A DNA stretch of 63,814 nt, the filler included, from Octopus bimaculoides (taxonomy: Eukaryota), in assembly GCF_001194135.2 (NCBI RefSeq). It is 5 parts of 4 records of this genome, joined end to end, with 100 filler letters (N's around TTAATTAATTAA, not from the genome) between each part and the next. Parts side by side here need not be neighbours in the genome. Positions count along the whole stretch, not along the records: positions 36,362 to 50,222 come from NC_068987.1; positions 50,323 to 60,725 come from NC_068985.1; 3 more parts are not named here. One strand, written 5' to 3'. Below, piece by piece: positions 40,803 to 52,750 of this stretch (positions within the stretch are counted from its first letter, which is position 1; every line of letters starts with the position of its first letter). Under the pieces are notes generated by a model. The model made no database searches. It saw only the letters and a list, made by a program, of their open reading frames with translations, and was not told the DNA's origin. A program made the position numbers and the translations under genes.

Positions 40803-41050
40803 GAGGCATGTGGCTTAATGGTTAGAGTGCTGGACTCATGATTGTAAAATTATGGTTTCAGTTTCTGGACCGGGCAATGCATTGTGTTTCTGAGCAACAC
40901 ACTTCATTTCATATTGTTCCAGTTCACTCAGCTAGCAAATATGAGTAATCCTGCAATAGACTGGCATCCTGTCTGGGTGAGGAATTTATACACCAAGAAA
41001 CTGGGAAACCGGCCCTTATGAGCCAGCATGACCTAAGAAGGTAACTTTAC
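40803..41050 (+). mobile_element. tRNA-derived SINE (same family as 42592-42854, diverged)
   Basis: TGGCTTAATGG head and shared body CACTTCATTTCA...CACTCAGCT...GACTGGCATCC. Confidence 0.75.
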
Positions 41051-41790
41051 CTTTTCTTTTACATGCCTACACACACATATGTGCACACACATATATATAC
41101 ATATACATATACGCATATACATACACATATATGCATATGTGTATATCTATGTGTGCTTGTCTTTGTCTATGAGTTTGTCCCCCTAACAACTAGGATTGGT
41201 TTACTTACATCCCTGTAACTTAGCAGTTTGGCAAAGAGATATTGATGGAATAAGTGCCAAGCTTACGAAAAAAAAGAATAAATACTGGGGCTGGTTAATT
41301 TGACTAAAACTCTTCAAAGTAATGCCCCAGCATGGCCACAGTCTAAAGCAAGTAAAAAGGTAATCAATTTCTAATTTCTAATTTCAAACAGCCAGACATC
41401 TAAACACATTAAAACACAGAAAGTAATTATAAAAAGTTTACAGAGGATGATATACCTCCTTTTGTTTAATTGATGTCAGAAAGCAACAGAGTGCAATATC
41501 AAAAATAATTTAATCAAATAAAAATAATTACTCTCTGTCCAACATAAGGGAAAAAATTTAGCAAGATGATATAAAGCAGCTTTAGTTATTTATGGCAGTT
41601 TAAGTTAGAAAGATTTATCTAAATCTCAGATAGAATACTGAATAAATCTAATTATTCTTGTACTACAGGAGTAAATTTGTATGTAGGGTTTTTTTTTCAT
41701 TACAAAATGAAATAAAAAATTAATGTTAAATGTCCATTGTTAAATGAATAGATTTGGTAGAGAGAGACTGAAAGAAATTCATCACATACA

Positions 41791-42892
41791 TACAAGAGGC
41801 ATTCAAAAGGTATCCGACTTTATTTTTTACTGCCAAAACTAATGTCAGTTCCTGGCTGTTATGCCTAAGAGTACAGACATGTAGTGCACACTCATCTGAT
41901 TTTCATTTTCACACAAGATGACTGAAGGCATTGAGCAGAGATATTGCATCAAGTTTTGCCAAAAGATTAGTGATACTCAAGCTCAAACCATATAGAAGAT
42001 TCAGCAGGCTTTTGGCAATGATGCCATGGGCAAAACTTAGATCAAGGAGTAGCACAGCTACTTCAAACATGGCGACACCTCAGTGGAGAGTGAGGCTCAG
42101 GTAGGTCACCCACAAGCTGAAACAAGGAGCCAATTGAAAAAGTTTGGTGAATAGTCATGCAAGACCAGCGTGGAAATTACTCACGAAGTGGGAATAAGCA
42201 CAGAACCAGTACATTCCATTTTAATGGAGGATTTATATACATGCAGAGAGTGTCAGTAAAAAAATAAAGTCAGATACTTTTGAAAACATCTTGTAATCCA
42301 AGCTTTCCTGATCAAGAAAAATATGCCAATTGTTCAACAGGCTCCCTACTCTCCATATGATTTCTAGCACTTTCTCAAACTGGAAACCATGCTGAAAGGG
42401 AAAATGATTTGAGCTGCAAGAAGAAATTATGACAAAAGTGACAGTGGAACCCTATAGCATTCAAGAGGTGTTACCAGCTGTGGTAGAACTACTGGGAAAA
42501 CTACTGTGAGAACTCCCAAGGGGAGTATTTTAAAGGAGATTAAGTAAAATTTATGAAATGTACAAAATTATTTTTTGTATGACTAAAGGTTGTGGATGCA
42601 CATGGCTTAGTGGTTAAGGTGTCAGCATCATGATCGTAAGATTGTGGTTTCGATTCCTGGATCAGGCGACGCATTGTGTTCTTAAGCAAAACACTTCATT
42701 TCACGTTGCTCCAGTCCACTCAGCTGGCAAAAATGAGTAACGTTGTGATGGACTGGCATCCCATCCAGCTAGGGAACGCATACGCCATTGAAACTGGAAA
42801 ACCGGGCCCATGAGTCTGGCTAGGCTTTAAAAGGGTGCATTTATTATTTTTTTTATGCCTAAAGGTTAGATACTTTTTGAAGGTACCTTGTA
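41791..42892 (+). mobile_element. Decayed mariner (IS630-Tc1-mariner) transposon, compound
   Basis: TA-starting TIR 41791-41821 matches the reverse complements of 42266-42295 and 42861-42892. N-terminal HTH MTEGIEQRYCIKFCQK... starts at 41918. C-terminal QAFLIKKNMPIVQQAPYSP...LKGK...QGEYFKGD* lies at about 42296-42543. Many stops and frameshifts. Confidence 0.8.
42592..42854 (+). mobile_element. tRNA-derived SINE inserted in the mariner 3' end
   Basis: A box TGGCTTAGTGG 42603-42613, B box GGTTTCGATTCC 42646-42657. Target-site duplication ATG(A/C)CTAAAGGTT at 42579-42591 and 42855-42867. Confidence 0.85.
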
Positions 42893-43328
42893 TATGTATG
42901 CATGTGTGTGTGTGCATAAGTGTGTGTGTGTGGATAAGTATGTGTGCATATATTTGTGTGTGTGTGTGTCTCCTTGTCTTGACATTGCAAGATAGTTGTA
43001 AGCAAGTGTGACTGTCACACAAGTAGTGTAATTCATTTCTAGTTTTCGATGGAAAGAATGTCAGGCCATGGGTAAATATTGCCGTATTGAGAATCAAGTG
43101 AGGGTTGACAACAGGAAAGGCATCCAGCTGTAGAAAATCTGTTTCAACAAATTCCATCTGACCCATGCAAGCATAGAAAAGTAATCGACAAAGCAATGAT
43201 GATAATAACAACAAGGATGATATAGTTAGACAAGGAAGTAGCTAAAATGCTCATTGCCATTACTTATCAACACTTAACATAGCATCAGATAAGCGACAGA
43301 CTTTCCCTTGAACAGAGCACTAACATAC

Positions 43329-43367
43329 TTAGGGTAACCTTTCTCACTGAAAAATTTGAACTCTGTA
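43329..43367 (-). CDS. Candidate 39-nt exon, unknown protein
   Basis: Acceptor gttgttttgattcgttagtttgcag|, donor CCTAA|GTATGT. Phase 2-2 reading TEFKFFSEKGYP(K) is phase-compatible with the 39820-39965 candidate. Confidence 0.3.
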
Positions 43368-44076
43368 CTGCAAACTAACGAATCAAAACAACGTGTCAAT
43401 GAGGTTGCTATTATAGAGAGGATTGCTTGGATCCTATCTAGCATCATCTATTTACAGCCAATTAGACTAAGTTGTTTGAGAATTAAGTGTGTCATCACTG
43501 ATACATTGACAATACATAAACTACTTTTCTCTTAACTGGCTCTCAGCAAGCCAATCAACTTAGATGTTCATGTGCTCTCAGGGAGTAGACCTACAGACTA
43601 TATGTATAATATTATAAGTTCATATTTCTAAAATCAAATTTGTCTTTCATCTTTCCTGGGTTAATGAAATAATTAACAGGAACTAGTACTAATAGTATAA
43701 TTAGATTTAGATATAATCAAAAGAAATGAATTGTCTTGAAAACAGATGGAGGTATGTTGATCTGACACCATAATTTCTATCTTATCAATATTAATTTCCT
43801 TTCAACTGATAAGATGGAAGAAATACTTGAAAGCCTGATTAAAAGCCTTTTCAGAATTTTGTATATATATTGCTCTGTTTTTGTGTTCGAATCCCATCAG
43901 AGTTGACTTCAAAATTTCATTTCACAACAATCAATAAAATAGGTTCGATACATATACTATAGTTGATTCAACAAACTACCACCGTTTTCAAATTTGTAAC
44001 CTTCTGGTTCATGTGAGAAACTAATATTAATTGCTTTAAACACAATACAAGGAATATATATTTTTATATTAAACGG

Positions 44077-44720
44077 CACCACCGTTCGAGCGTGATCATT
44101 ACCAGCGTCGCCTTCCTGGCACTTGTGCCGCAGTGTAGCGTTCCTGGCACGGGAAAAGACATTCGAGCGAGGTCGTTGCCAGTGCCACTGGACTGGCTCC
44201 TGTGCAGGTGGCACGTAAAATACACCATTTTGAGCGTGGCTGTTACCAGTACCACCTGACCTGCTTTTGTGCCGGTGGCACGTAAAAGCACCCACAGCAC
44301 ACTTGGAGTGGTTGGCATTAGGAAGGGCATCCAGCTGTAGAAACTCTGCCAAATCAGATTGGAGCCTGGTGTAGCCATCTGGTTCACCAGTCCTCAGTCA
44401 AATCGTCCAACCCACGCTAGCATGGAAAGTGGACATTAAACGATGATGATGATGATGATAAACATATGACACATAAAAAGGCACCCATGTTGGTGACAGG
44501 TAAAAGACACTTGTGCCAGTAACACATAAAAGGCACCTGTGCCAGTGACGCATAAAAGCACCTGAGCCAGCGACATGTAAAAAACACTCAGTACACTCTA
44601 TGGAGTAGTTGGCATTAGGAAAGGCATCCAGCCATAGAAACCAAACTAAAACAGACTGGAGCCTGGTGCAGCTCTCCAGCTTACCAGTTCCAATCAAACC
44701 ATCTAAACCTTGCCAGCATG
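44077..44720 (+). mobile_element. Two tandem RTE 3'-end copies
   Basis: 44077-44458 is close to 62110-62479; a second, more diverged copy follows at about 44470-44720. Confidence 0.8.
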
Positions 44721-45439
44721 GAAAATGGAAATAACAGTTTGGCAAAAGAGACTGATAGAATATAATTATCAGGCTTAAAAAATAAGTACTGGGTTAATTT
44801 GTTCAACTAAACCCTTCAAGGTGGTGCCTCAGAATGTCTGCAGTCCAATGACTGAAGCAAGTTAAACATAAAAGATAAAAGATGAAAGAAAGAATTGGTA
44901 AAACAGATGTGAAATAATGATGACCCATATAAGTTTTACAGAATGTTCCATTTAGAATTGCTTATGGGAAGTTTTATCACGTTATTCCTTTAATAAATAA
45001 GTTGTGATTTCAACTAAACCAGATGTGAAATTTTATATCAAGATTTCTAGACAAAAAAATATCTTGTTTGAAGAATCTATCATACGTGGGACTTTTGATT
45101 TGACATTTGATTTGAAGTGTACCCACCCAGATGATATAACTTTCTTTGAGATTGTCAGTTCATGTTTAAAGCTGCAAATGAACGTCTGCAGATAGCAGAA
45201 TGATAGATAATATGAGCAAGTATAAATTATCAAATCTCCACTTATTTCACACAAAATGCAATTCTAGGTATTTCATTTCATTAACTGTGATTTATGAGGT
45301 ATGTGCAATTGTGTATGTATGTGTAGGAAAAATTTCTTCATATGCTGATCTTTTTTTTATTCTATTACTTGTTTCAGTCACTAGAGTGTGGCCATGCTGG
45401 GGCACTGCCTTGAAGAATTTTTAATCAAATGAATCAAAT

Positions 45440-45482
<43 letters not shown>

Positions 45483-45893
45483 CATATCTTTAAAAATTTT
45501 TACTTATTTTATCTGTGTCTTTTGTCTAGATGTTACATTACAGGGACATGAATACACCGTCACCAGTAGTCAAGTGGTGGTGGGGACAAAAAACACTACC
45601 ACACACACGCACACATACATACACACTCACAAAAGATTTGACAGGCTTCTTTCAGTTTCCATCTATCAAATCCACTCACAAGGCTTGTTTGTCAGCCCAG
45701 GCCTATAGCAGAAGACATTTGCCCAAGGTGCCACACAATGAAACTGAACCCAAAACCATGTGGTTGGGAAACAAACTTCTTACCACCTCCACCTAATGTT
45801 GAGTAAAGTAACTTTTTGACTTTGGCATTTTTTTTTCTTTGTTTTGTAAATATTCTATATAGAAAAAAGTAAGAAATATTTCATTGAACGCAA

Positions 45894-46200
45894 CATCATC
45901 ATCATCATCATCATCATTTAACATCTGCTTTCCATGTTGGCATGGGTTGGATGGTTTGACTGAAAACTGGGCCAATCAGGTGGTACTGGCAACAGCCATG
46001 CTCAAATAGTGTATTTTACGTGCCACCTGCACAGGAGCCAGTTTAGCGGCACTGGCAATGACCTCACTTGAATGTTTTTTCACGTGCCACTGGTACAAGT
46101 GCCAGTAAAGCAACGCTGGTAACGATCATGCTCAAATGGTGCTATTTACGTGCCACCGGCACGGAAGCTAGACAGCTGCTCTGGCAATGATCACGCTCAG
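45894..46200 (-). mobile_element. RTE 3'-end copy
   Basis: (CAT)n followed by the reverse-complement 3' UTR. Confidence 0.75.
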
Positions 46201-46287
46201 ATGGTAATACTTAAAATTGAGCTAAATGGTCTCAAATAAGCTAAGTAGAGATACACTACATATTTTTGTTAATGCATTATAGTTATA

Positions 46288-46740
46288 ATATTCTCAATTG
46301 GTAGTAAAGAGAATTTGTGAGAAAAGAGTATAATGATAGCATTTAGAATATCCTATCCAAAGGCAAAAGAGAATGATTACATTTACCATAAACACAAGGG
46401 AAATACACATATTCTGCAATTAGAAAATTACTATAAAATGCCTAAAGTAAGACTATAAAAATATCTGGAAATGAATTCTAAATATAAGCAAATAGGTAAG
46501 GGTAATCTGTTCTTGTAATTCATTACAGTTTGGATATTCTCAATTGGTAGTTAAGTTGAAATGTAAGAGAAAATATAATGATAGCACTTAGAATATATGA
46601 TCCATAGGCAAAAGAGAAAGTTATTTATCATGGACACAAGAGAGACAAAAATATTCTGCATTTCAAAAACTACTATAAAGTACCTATACTACGACTACAA
46701 AAATATCAAGAAGTAATGGGGAATTAGTACAAATATGTAA
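46288..46740. repeat. Diverged tandem duplication, period about 246 bp
   Basis: ATATTCTCAATTGGTAG at 46288 and 46534, followed by colinear TATAATGATAGCA.TTAGAATAT, GGCAAAAGAGA, ACACAAG, ATATTCTGCA and TACTATAAA blocks. Confidence 0.8.
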
Positions 46741-46782
46741 AAAGCCAAGACAAAAGAATTATTTTAATAACATATCCAAATA

Positions 46783-47170
46783 GGCGCAGGAGTGGCTGTG
46801 TGGTAAGTAGCTTGCTTACCAACCACATGGTTCCGGGTTCAGTCCCACTGGGTGGCACCTTGGGCAAGTGTCTTCTACTATAGCCTCGGGCCGACCAAAG
46901 CCTTGTGAGTGGATTTGGTAGATGGAAACTGAAAGAAGCCTGTCGTATATATATATATATATGTATGTGTGTTTGTGTGTCTGTGTTTGCCCCCCCACCA
47001 TCACTTGACAACCGATGCTGGTGTGTTTACGTCCCCGTAACTTTGCGGTTCGGCAAAAAGAAACCGATAGAATAAGTACTAGGCTTACAAAGAATAAGTC
47101 CTGGGGTCGATTTTCTCGACTAAAGGCGGTGCTCCAGCATGGCCACAGTCAAATGACTGAAACAATTAAA
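46783..47170 (+). mobile_element. tRNA-derived SINE with CORE-like box (octopus OR-type), near complete
   Basis: GTGGCTGTGTGGTAAG (A box), GGTTCAGTCCC (B box), CACCTTGGGCAAGTGTCTT (CORE-like), internal (TA)n/(TG)n and 3' GGCGGTGCTCCAGCATGGCCACAGTCAAATGACTGAAAC. Related copies at about 1005-1140(-), 14820-14985, 18280-18440, 18735-18850(-), 19788-19910, 24640-24800(-), 36385-36535(-), 40495-40640, 45375-45790(-), 48135-48500. Family name recalled, not verified. Confidence 0.8.
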
Positions 47171-47399
47171 AAAAAAAACAATTTCTTTTTTTTTTCTTTT
47201 TTTTTTTTTGCATATTTGACTTTCATATTCAAAGAAGTTAACAGATGTAGATGTCTAATAGCATTAGATGAACTCGTATAGAAAAACAGAAGATAGAGAA
47301 AAGTCCCAATTTTGAATGAGAATTTCTGAAACAAGGCTGAAAATAGATTTAAGTTCTCTAAAAAATGGGAGTCTTAGAAATGATCTTAAAAGAAATATT

Positions 47400-47950
47400 G
47401 TAAAATAAATATTATTCTATCGACCCCAAAGAGGAGGAAATGCATAAGAAACCTTGGTGAGATATGAACTTAAAATATAAATGGCTGGAACAAATACCAC
47501 AAGGAATCATTTCAATGCTTTAATGATTCTGCCAATAATAAATGATTGCTTCTAATGTGGGCACAAAACATCAAATTTGAGGCAGGGGTAAGTCAATCAA
47601 ATCAAACATATTACATGATAGTGCTTTATTTTATCAACATAAGAAGCATGAAAGATAAAGTTGACCTCAGTAAGGTCTGAACTCATTATGTAAAGATCTG
47701 TACTTAAACACAGAAAGATATTTTGGCTTAAACTCCAATAATTCTACCAATTTTGATCATTTCTAATACAAGTACAAAGCCAGAAATTTTAGGTGAAGGT
47801 TTACTTAATAAAATTAACTCTAGGAATTAACTGATAGTTTAATTTATTAACTCCAGAAGGATGACAAGCAAAATGGACCTTGGCAGGATATGAACTCAGA
47901 ATGTTCAGGACCAGAGCATTTTGTCCAGTACTCTAATGATTTTGCCAATA
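47400..47950 (-). mobile_element. Three heavily decayed Meta-like SINE copies in tandem
   Basis: Repeated degenerate AAGGATGA..GCAAA.TGACCT..G.AG.AT.TGAACTC modules with CpGs lost. Confidence 0.55.
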
Positions 47951-49138
47951 TAAATATATGAGAGACTGTCATCAAGGATTATCAGGATAAGCAGTGTCAT
48001 TTGATTTACATATCACTTCCTGCTGGCAGTAATGTATCTTACAAAGAATTGGGAAAAGCATCTTGAGTATGAAGATCTAGAGAAAGATCTTGCCAGAATA
48101 TAAGAACTGGAAAATAAACAATTCCTATAACAAGCATGGTAGTGTGGTAAGAAGCTTGCTTTCCAACCATATGATTTCAAGTTCAGTCCCCCAACATGGG
48201 CAAATATCTGCTACTATAGACCAGGGGCAACCAAATTCTTGTGAGTGAATTCGGTAGACAAAAACTGATAGTAGCCCATTGTATATATATCTATAAGTGT
48301 ATTTACTTGTGTTTGCTTACAACTGGTGTTGGTTTGCTTACATCCCCTGAAACTTGACAGTTCAGCCAAAAGAGACCAATAGAATAAGTACCAAGCCTAC
48401 AAAAAAAATAAGGACAATGGTCAATTTTTTCAACTAAACCCTTGAAGACAATGTTCCTGCATGACTGCAGTCCAATAACTGAAACAAGTAAAAGATAAAG
48501 GATGAAAGATAATAGGTCCCTTCATAAGGATTAAAATGATGCAAACAACTACATAATGCAAACACTAGAACATACTCGTTTACACAACATACAGAAAACT
48601 TCATATACTTTACTATAGAGTACTTTCAATGTATACAAAAAAAAAAATCATTCAGAACCAAAGTAAAAATGAAGCATCATATGGACACAAGGCAAACAGA
48701 TCTTTGCTTGGTTATGCAAAGAAAGCAGGTAATAAAAATATCACTACTGGGATACTAATAATAATTCTATAATGAAGCAATAAACCGACTATTTTATTGG
48801 CTGCTTTGCGGATCTTTGGCATTGTGAGAAAAATATTTTCCTTTAATTATGATGCTACACTGCTATGAATATCTTATTTCTTTGATGATATCAACCTGAC
48901 ATTTTTTTTTAGCTTTTTTTATTTTTATTTTTTTTATTTTTTTCATTGGTGTCAACAGCATGATATATTGTTATTTGTTTCAGTGGTAACTCTATATGAT
49001 ATTTTTAATACTCAGTTTGAGTATTTTTTGCAGTCATATCAATTGGTGCAGTATACAAATACACATATGCATATATATATATATATGTATGTATATATAT
49101 ATATATGTAAATATAGATATATGTATATATGTGTGTAT

Positions 49139-49169
<31 letters not shown>

Positions 49170-49360
49170 CATACACACATATATATACATACAAACAGAC
49201 ATATATATACACTCACACATACACATATATATACCTACAGCAGCATGTATTCACATATGCATGAGTAAGTGTATGTCATGTGTGTGTATGTGTGCATAAG
49301 TGTGTGCACATATATGTAAACAAGTATACATACATATATATACATATATATGTAAACAAG

Positions 49361-49395
<35 letters not shown>

Positions 49396-49528
49396 ACACA
49401 CACACACACACATCCCTCTCTTTCCTTCACTCTTTCTATATACACACACATATATATATTTGTGTCTGTGTATGTATATACTGCCCCTGCATGACTGCAG
49501 CTTTAAAGCTAAAACAAGTCTTAAAAGT

Positions 49529-49571
<43 letters not shown>

Positions 49572-49811
49572 GTGTGTGTGCGTGTGTGTGCGTAGCATAT
49601 ATAATATATATTCATATACATATGGTAAATGAGAAATGGAAGATGGAAGATACAAAAATTTTCATTAATCATTACAATATATTTACAGGAGAGCATAGGG
49701 TTGAAACGTTAAAGACTTCGTACATTTTTCTTAACCATTAAACTAAAACATCTTGTTTGTTGTTTTTTCACATCATATTTGTTTTTTTTTCTTTTATTTC
49801 AGGATCATACA

Positions 49812-49846
<35 letters not shown>

Positions 49847-50222
49847 GCATATATAAATGTGTGTGTGTGTGTATTGTACAATATTACAATGTTACATTAT
49901 AGTATAGTATGTGCAGATAACTACTGTTGCATAGGTTGCAGGTTTTATGGCAAAAAGGCAATCCATGGATGGATTTTCAGCGAAGAATGTGTTATCTAAT
50001 ATCTTAATGTTATGAAACAGTTATCATCTGTAACTATTATGTTATAATAAAAATATTTACTGCATATAAAGTATTATCTATTTTGTTCATGGAACCACAT
50101 GTAAACTATTACAATATAATATTGCATACACATTTATGCGAATGTGTGTGTGTGTGTTTGTGTGTACATATATATACATCTATCCATCCATCTATCTATC
50201 TATCTATCTATCTATTTATATA

Positions 50223-50322
50223 NNNNNNNNNNNNNNNNNNNNNNNNNNNNNNNNNNNNNNNNNNNNTTAATTAATTAANNNNNNNNNNNNNNNNNNNNNN
50301 NNNNNNNNNNNNNNNNNNNNNN
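50223..50322. other. Assembly spacer N44-TTAATTAATTAA-N44
   Basis: 12-mer at 50267-50278. Confidence 0.95.
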
Positions 50323-50627
50323 ATACAAAGACCTGGAAATAGAGATAACTCGAATGTGGAATCTAAAAACAGAAACAATTCCTATCATAGTAGGTGCCTT
50401 AGGAATAATAAAAAAATATTCAGACAAATACATAACAAAAACACCAGGACTTACAAATATATATAACATACAGAAAATTGCACTACTGGGTACTGCACAC
50501 ATTCTACGCAAAACACTTTCAATACAGTAAACATAAGAGCACCACAGCAAACCACAGCACATACCCAAGGCGCACAGAGCTGCGCTCGGTAGTGAAGTGA
50601 AAGTACGTTATAAAAATAAAACTACTG
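50323..50627 (+). mobile_element. R4/Dong-like LINE 3' fragment (second copy)
   Basis: Highly similar to 50836-51143; ends in (AAT)n. Confidence 0.85.
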
Positions 50628-50678
50628 AATAATAATAATAATAATAATAAAAATAATAATAATAACGATGATAATCAA

Positions 50679-51140
50679 ACATACTCTGGGATATGCCAAT
50701 ACACACAGATAGAGAAATTAAGGCAAATAGGCCAGATATAGTTGTTAGAGATCATGAAGAAAAAAGATGCTTTCTAATTTATGTATCAATACCAGCAGAT
50801 GACAACGTTTCCCTAAAAGAAATGGAAAAACTTTCAAAATACAAAAACCTGGAAATAGAAGTAACTCGAATGTGGAATCTAAAGACAGAAACAATTCCTA
50901 TCATAGTGGGTGCATTAGGTATGATAAAAAAATATTCAGACTGATACATAACAAAAACACCAGGACTTACAAGTATATATAACATACAGAAAATTGCACT
51001 ACTGGGCACTGCACACATCTTACGCAAAACACTTTCAGTACAGTAACCATAAGAGCATCACAGCAAACCACAGCACATACCCAAGGCACACAGAGCTGCG
51101 CTCGGTAGTGAAGTGAAAGCACGCTATAGAAATGAAACTA

Positions 51141-51143
<3 letters not shown>
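50679..51143 (+). mobile_element. R4/Dong-like (RLE-type) LINE 3' fragment
   Basis: ILWDMPIHTDREIKANRPDIVVRDHEEKRCFLIYVSIP...KYKNLEIEVTRMW...IIVGALG...IQKIALLGTAHILRK is a restriction-like endonuclease domain (RPD). The usual second Asp reads Tyr and there is an internal stop. Flanked by (AAT)n. Confidence 0.85.
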
Positions 51144-51196
<53 letters not shown>

Positions 51197-51354
51197 GCAT
51201 TACAAATTCATCACAACTACTTGTACGTCATTCTAAGTACTCCAAATATCATCCGCTGCAATGCGGCTTTTTAATGTTAATAATATTTAATCCAAAATAA
51301 GAACAACAACAACAACAACGACAAGAATAACAACATCAACAACAATAATAATTG

Positions 51355-51594
51355 TTTCAAATTTTTGCCGCTAGGGCAGCTTGAGGAAGATGGGGGACGA
51401 GTCGATTACATCGGCCCCAGTACGCAACTGGTTCTTATTTCATCGACCCAGAAAGGATGAAAGGCAAAGTCGACCGCGGCGGAATTTGAACTCAGAGCGT
51501 AGCGACGGGCGAAACACCGCTATGCATTCCGTCCAGCACGCTAACAATCCTGCTAGCTCGCCGCCTTAACAACAGCAACAACAGCAACATCAGC

Positions 51595-51654
<60 letters not shown>

Positions 51655-51790
51655 CTTTTCTACTCTAGGCACAAGGACCGAAATTTTAGAGAGGGGGCCA
51701 GTCAATTAGATCGACCCCAGAACGCAACTGATACTTAATTTATCGACCCCGAAAGGATGAAAGGCAAAGTCGACCTTGGCGGAATTTGAA
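51355..51790 (-). mobile_element. Two Meta-domain-like tRNA SINE copies
   Basis: Reverse complement reads GAGTTCAAATTCCGCC (B box) then GGTCGACTTTGCCTTTCATCCTTTC(G/T)GGGTCGAT..., resembling the MetaSINE central domain, with a (TTA)n tail. Other copies at about 3540-3710(+), 3795-4010(+), 8500-8680, 27470-27721, 52055-52255, 54470-54690, 55265-55400. Confidence 0.8.
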
Positions 51791-51793
51791 CTC

Positions 51794-52036
51794 AGGACAC
51801 ATAAATGGCTCAGAACAGCTGACCTTAAACTAAAAAAAAAAAAAGGTCTCATTGCTGATGAAGACCAGAGCCTTGCAGCAAAGTCCTGCCAACATAGAAT
51901 ACCGAAAAACGGTATAAATCTAAGCAAGTTCCAAGAAGTAACTGGCCACTTTGTCTCTGGTTGCTCAGAAATTGCTGAGACAGAACACAGCCAACGTCAT
52001 AACAAGGCAACAACATACACACGCTGGGAGGCTTGA
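51794..52036 (+). mobile_element. R4/Dong-like LINE remnant (region before the RLE)
   Basis: THKWLRTADLK...GLIADEDQSL...GHFVSGCSEIAETEHSQRHNK resembles the conserved AAQDQ...HLVSGC...Y..RH block. Confidence 0.6.
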
Positions 52037-52504
52037 AAAGAATACAAGGGCTTCAAATTATGGCACAAGGTCAGCATTTGAGGGGAGGAGCTAAGACGAT
52101 TACATCGATCCTAGTGATCAGTTGGTAATTATTTTATCGACCCGGAAAGGATGACAGGCAAAATCGACCACGGCGGATTTTGAACTCAGAAAATAAAACG
52201 AACGAAATACTGCAAAGTATTTTGCTCGGCGTGCTAACGATTCTGCCAGTCGCAAAATATAGAAACACAACCACACTGCACAAACTACGCAGTCACCACC
52301 CAACTAAATGACATCAGCCAGGTAGTCCACTTTCATCACAATTGTTATCCGTCATTCTAATGCAACCCATTCAACAAAAGTTTTATATGCAACAACTAGC
52401 AATAACTTACATAGGATATACTGTGCACAAAATTTCAATAAGACTGCCTGCTCAATCTACAAGGCTATACGACTACACAAGGAAGCAGCACTTATTCACT
52501 CTAT

Positions 52505-52750
52505 TTTTGTTGTTGTTGTTGGCACTCCGTCGCTTACGACATCGAGGGTTCCAGTTGATCCGATCAACGGAACAACCTGCTCGTGAAATTAACGTGCAAG
52601 TGGCTGAGCACTCCACAGACACGTGTACCCTTAACGTAGTTCTCGGGGATATTCAGCGTGACACAGTGTGACAAGGCTGGCCCTTTGAAATACAGGTACA
52701 ACAGAAACAGGAAGAAAGAGTGAGAGAAAGTTGTGGTGGAAGAGTACAGC
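52505..52750 (-). mobile_element. SINE-like element 3' part with (AAC)n tail
   Basis: GC-richer body (...GTGGAGTGCTCAGCCACTTGCACGTTAATTTCACGAGCAGG...GGAGTGCCAAC) ending in a simple-repeat tail; head lost at a 10-N gap. Confidence 0.55.

Noticed and set aside
42592-42670. tRNA gene
   Set aside because: A and B boxes are present but the sequence continues into a SINE body with a TSD; I could not fold a complete cloverleaf. The same applies to the other SINE heads.
45004-45195. Plus-strand ORF with HPDDI resembling the CYP DPDDI motif
   Set aside because: Wrong strand and a different block from the CYP exon; the surrounding residues do not match.
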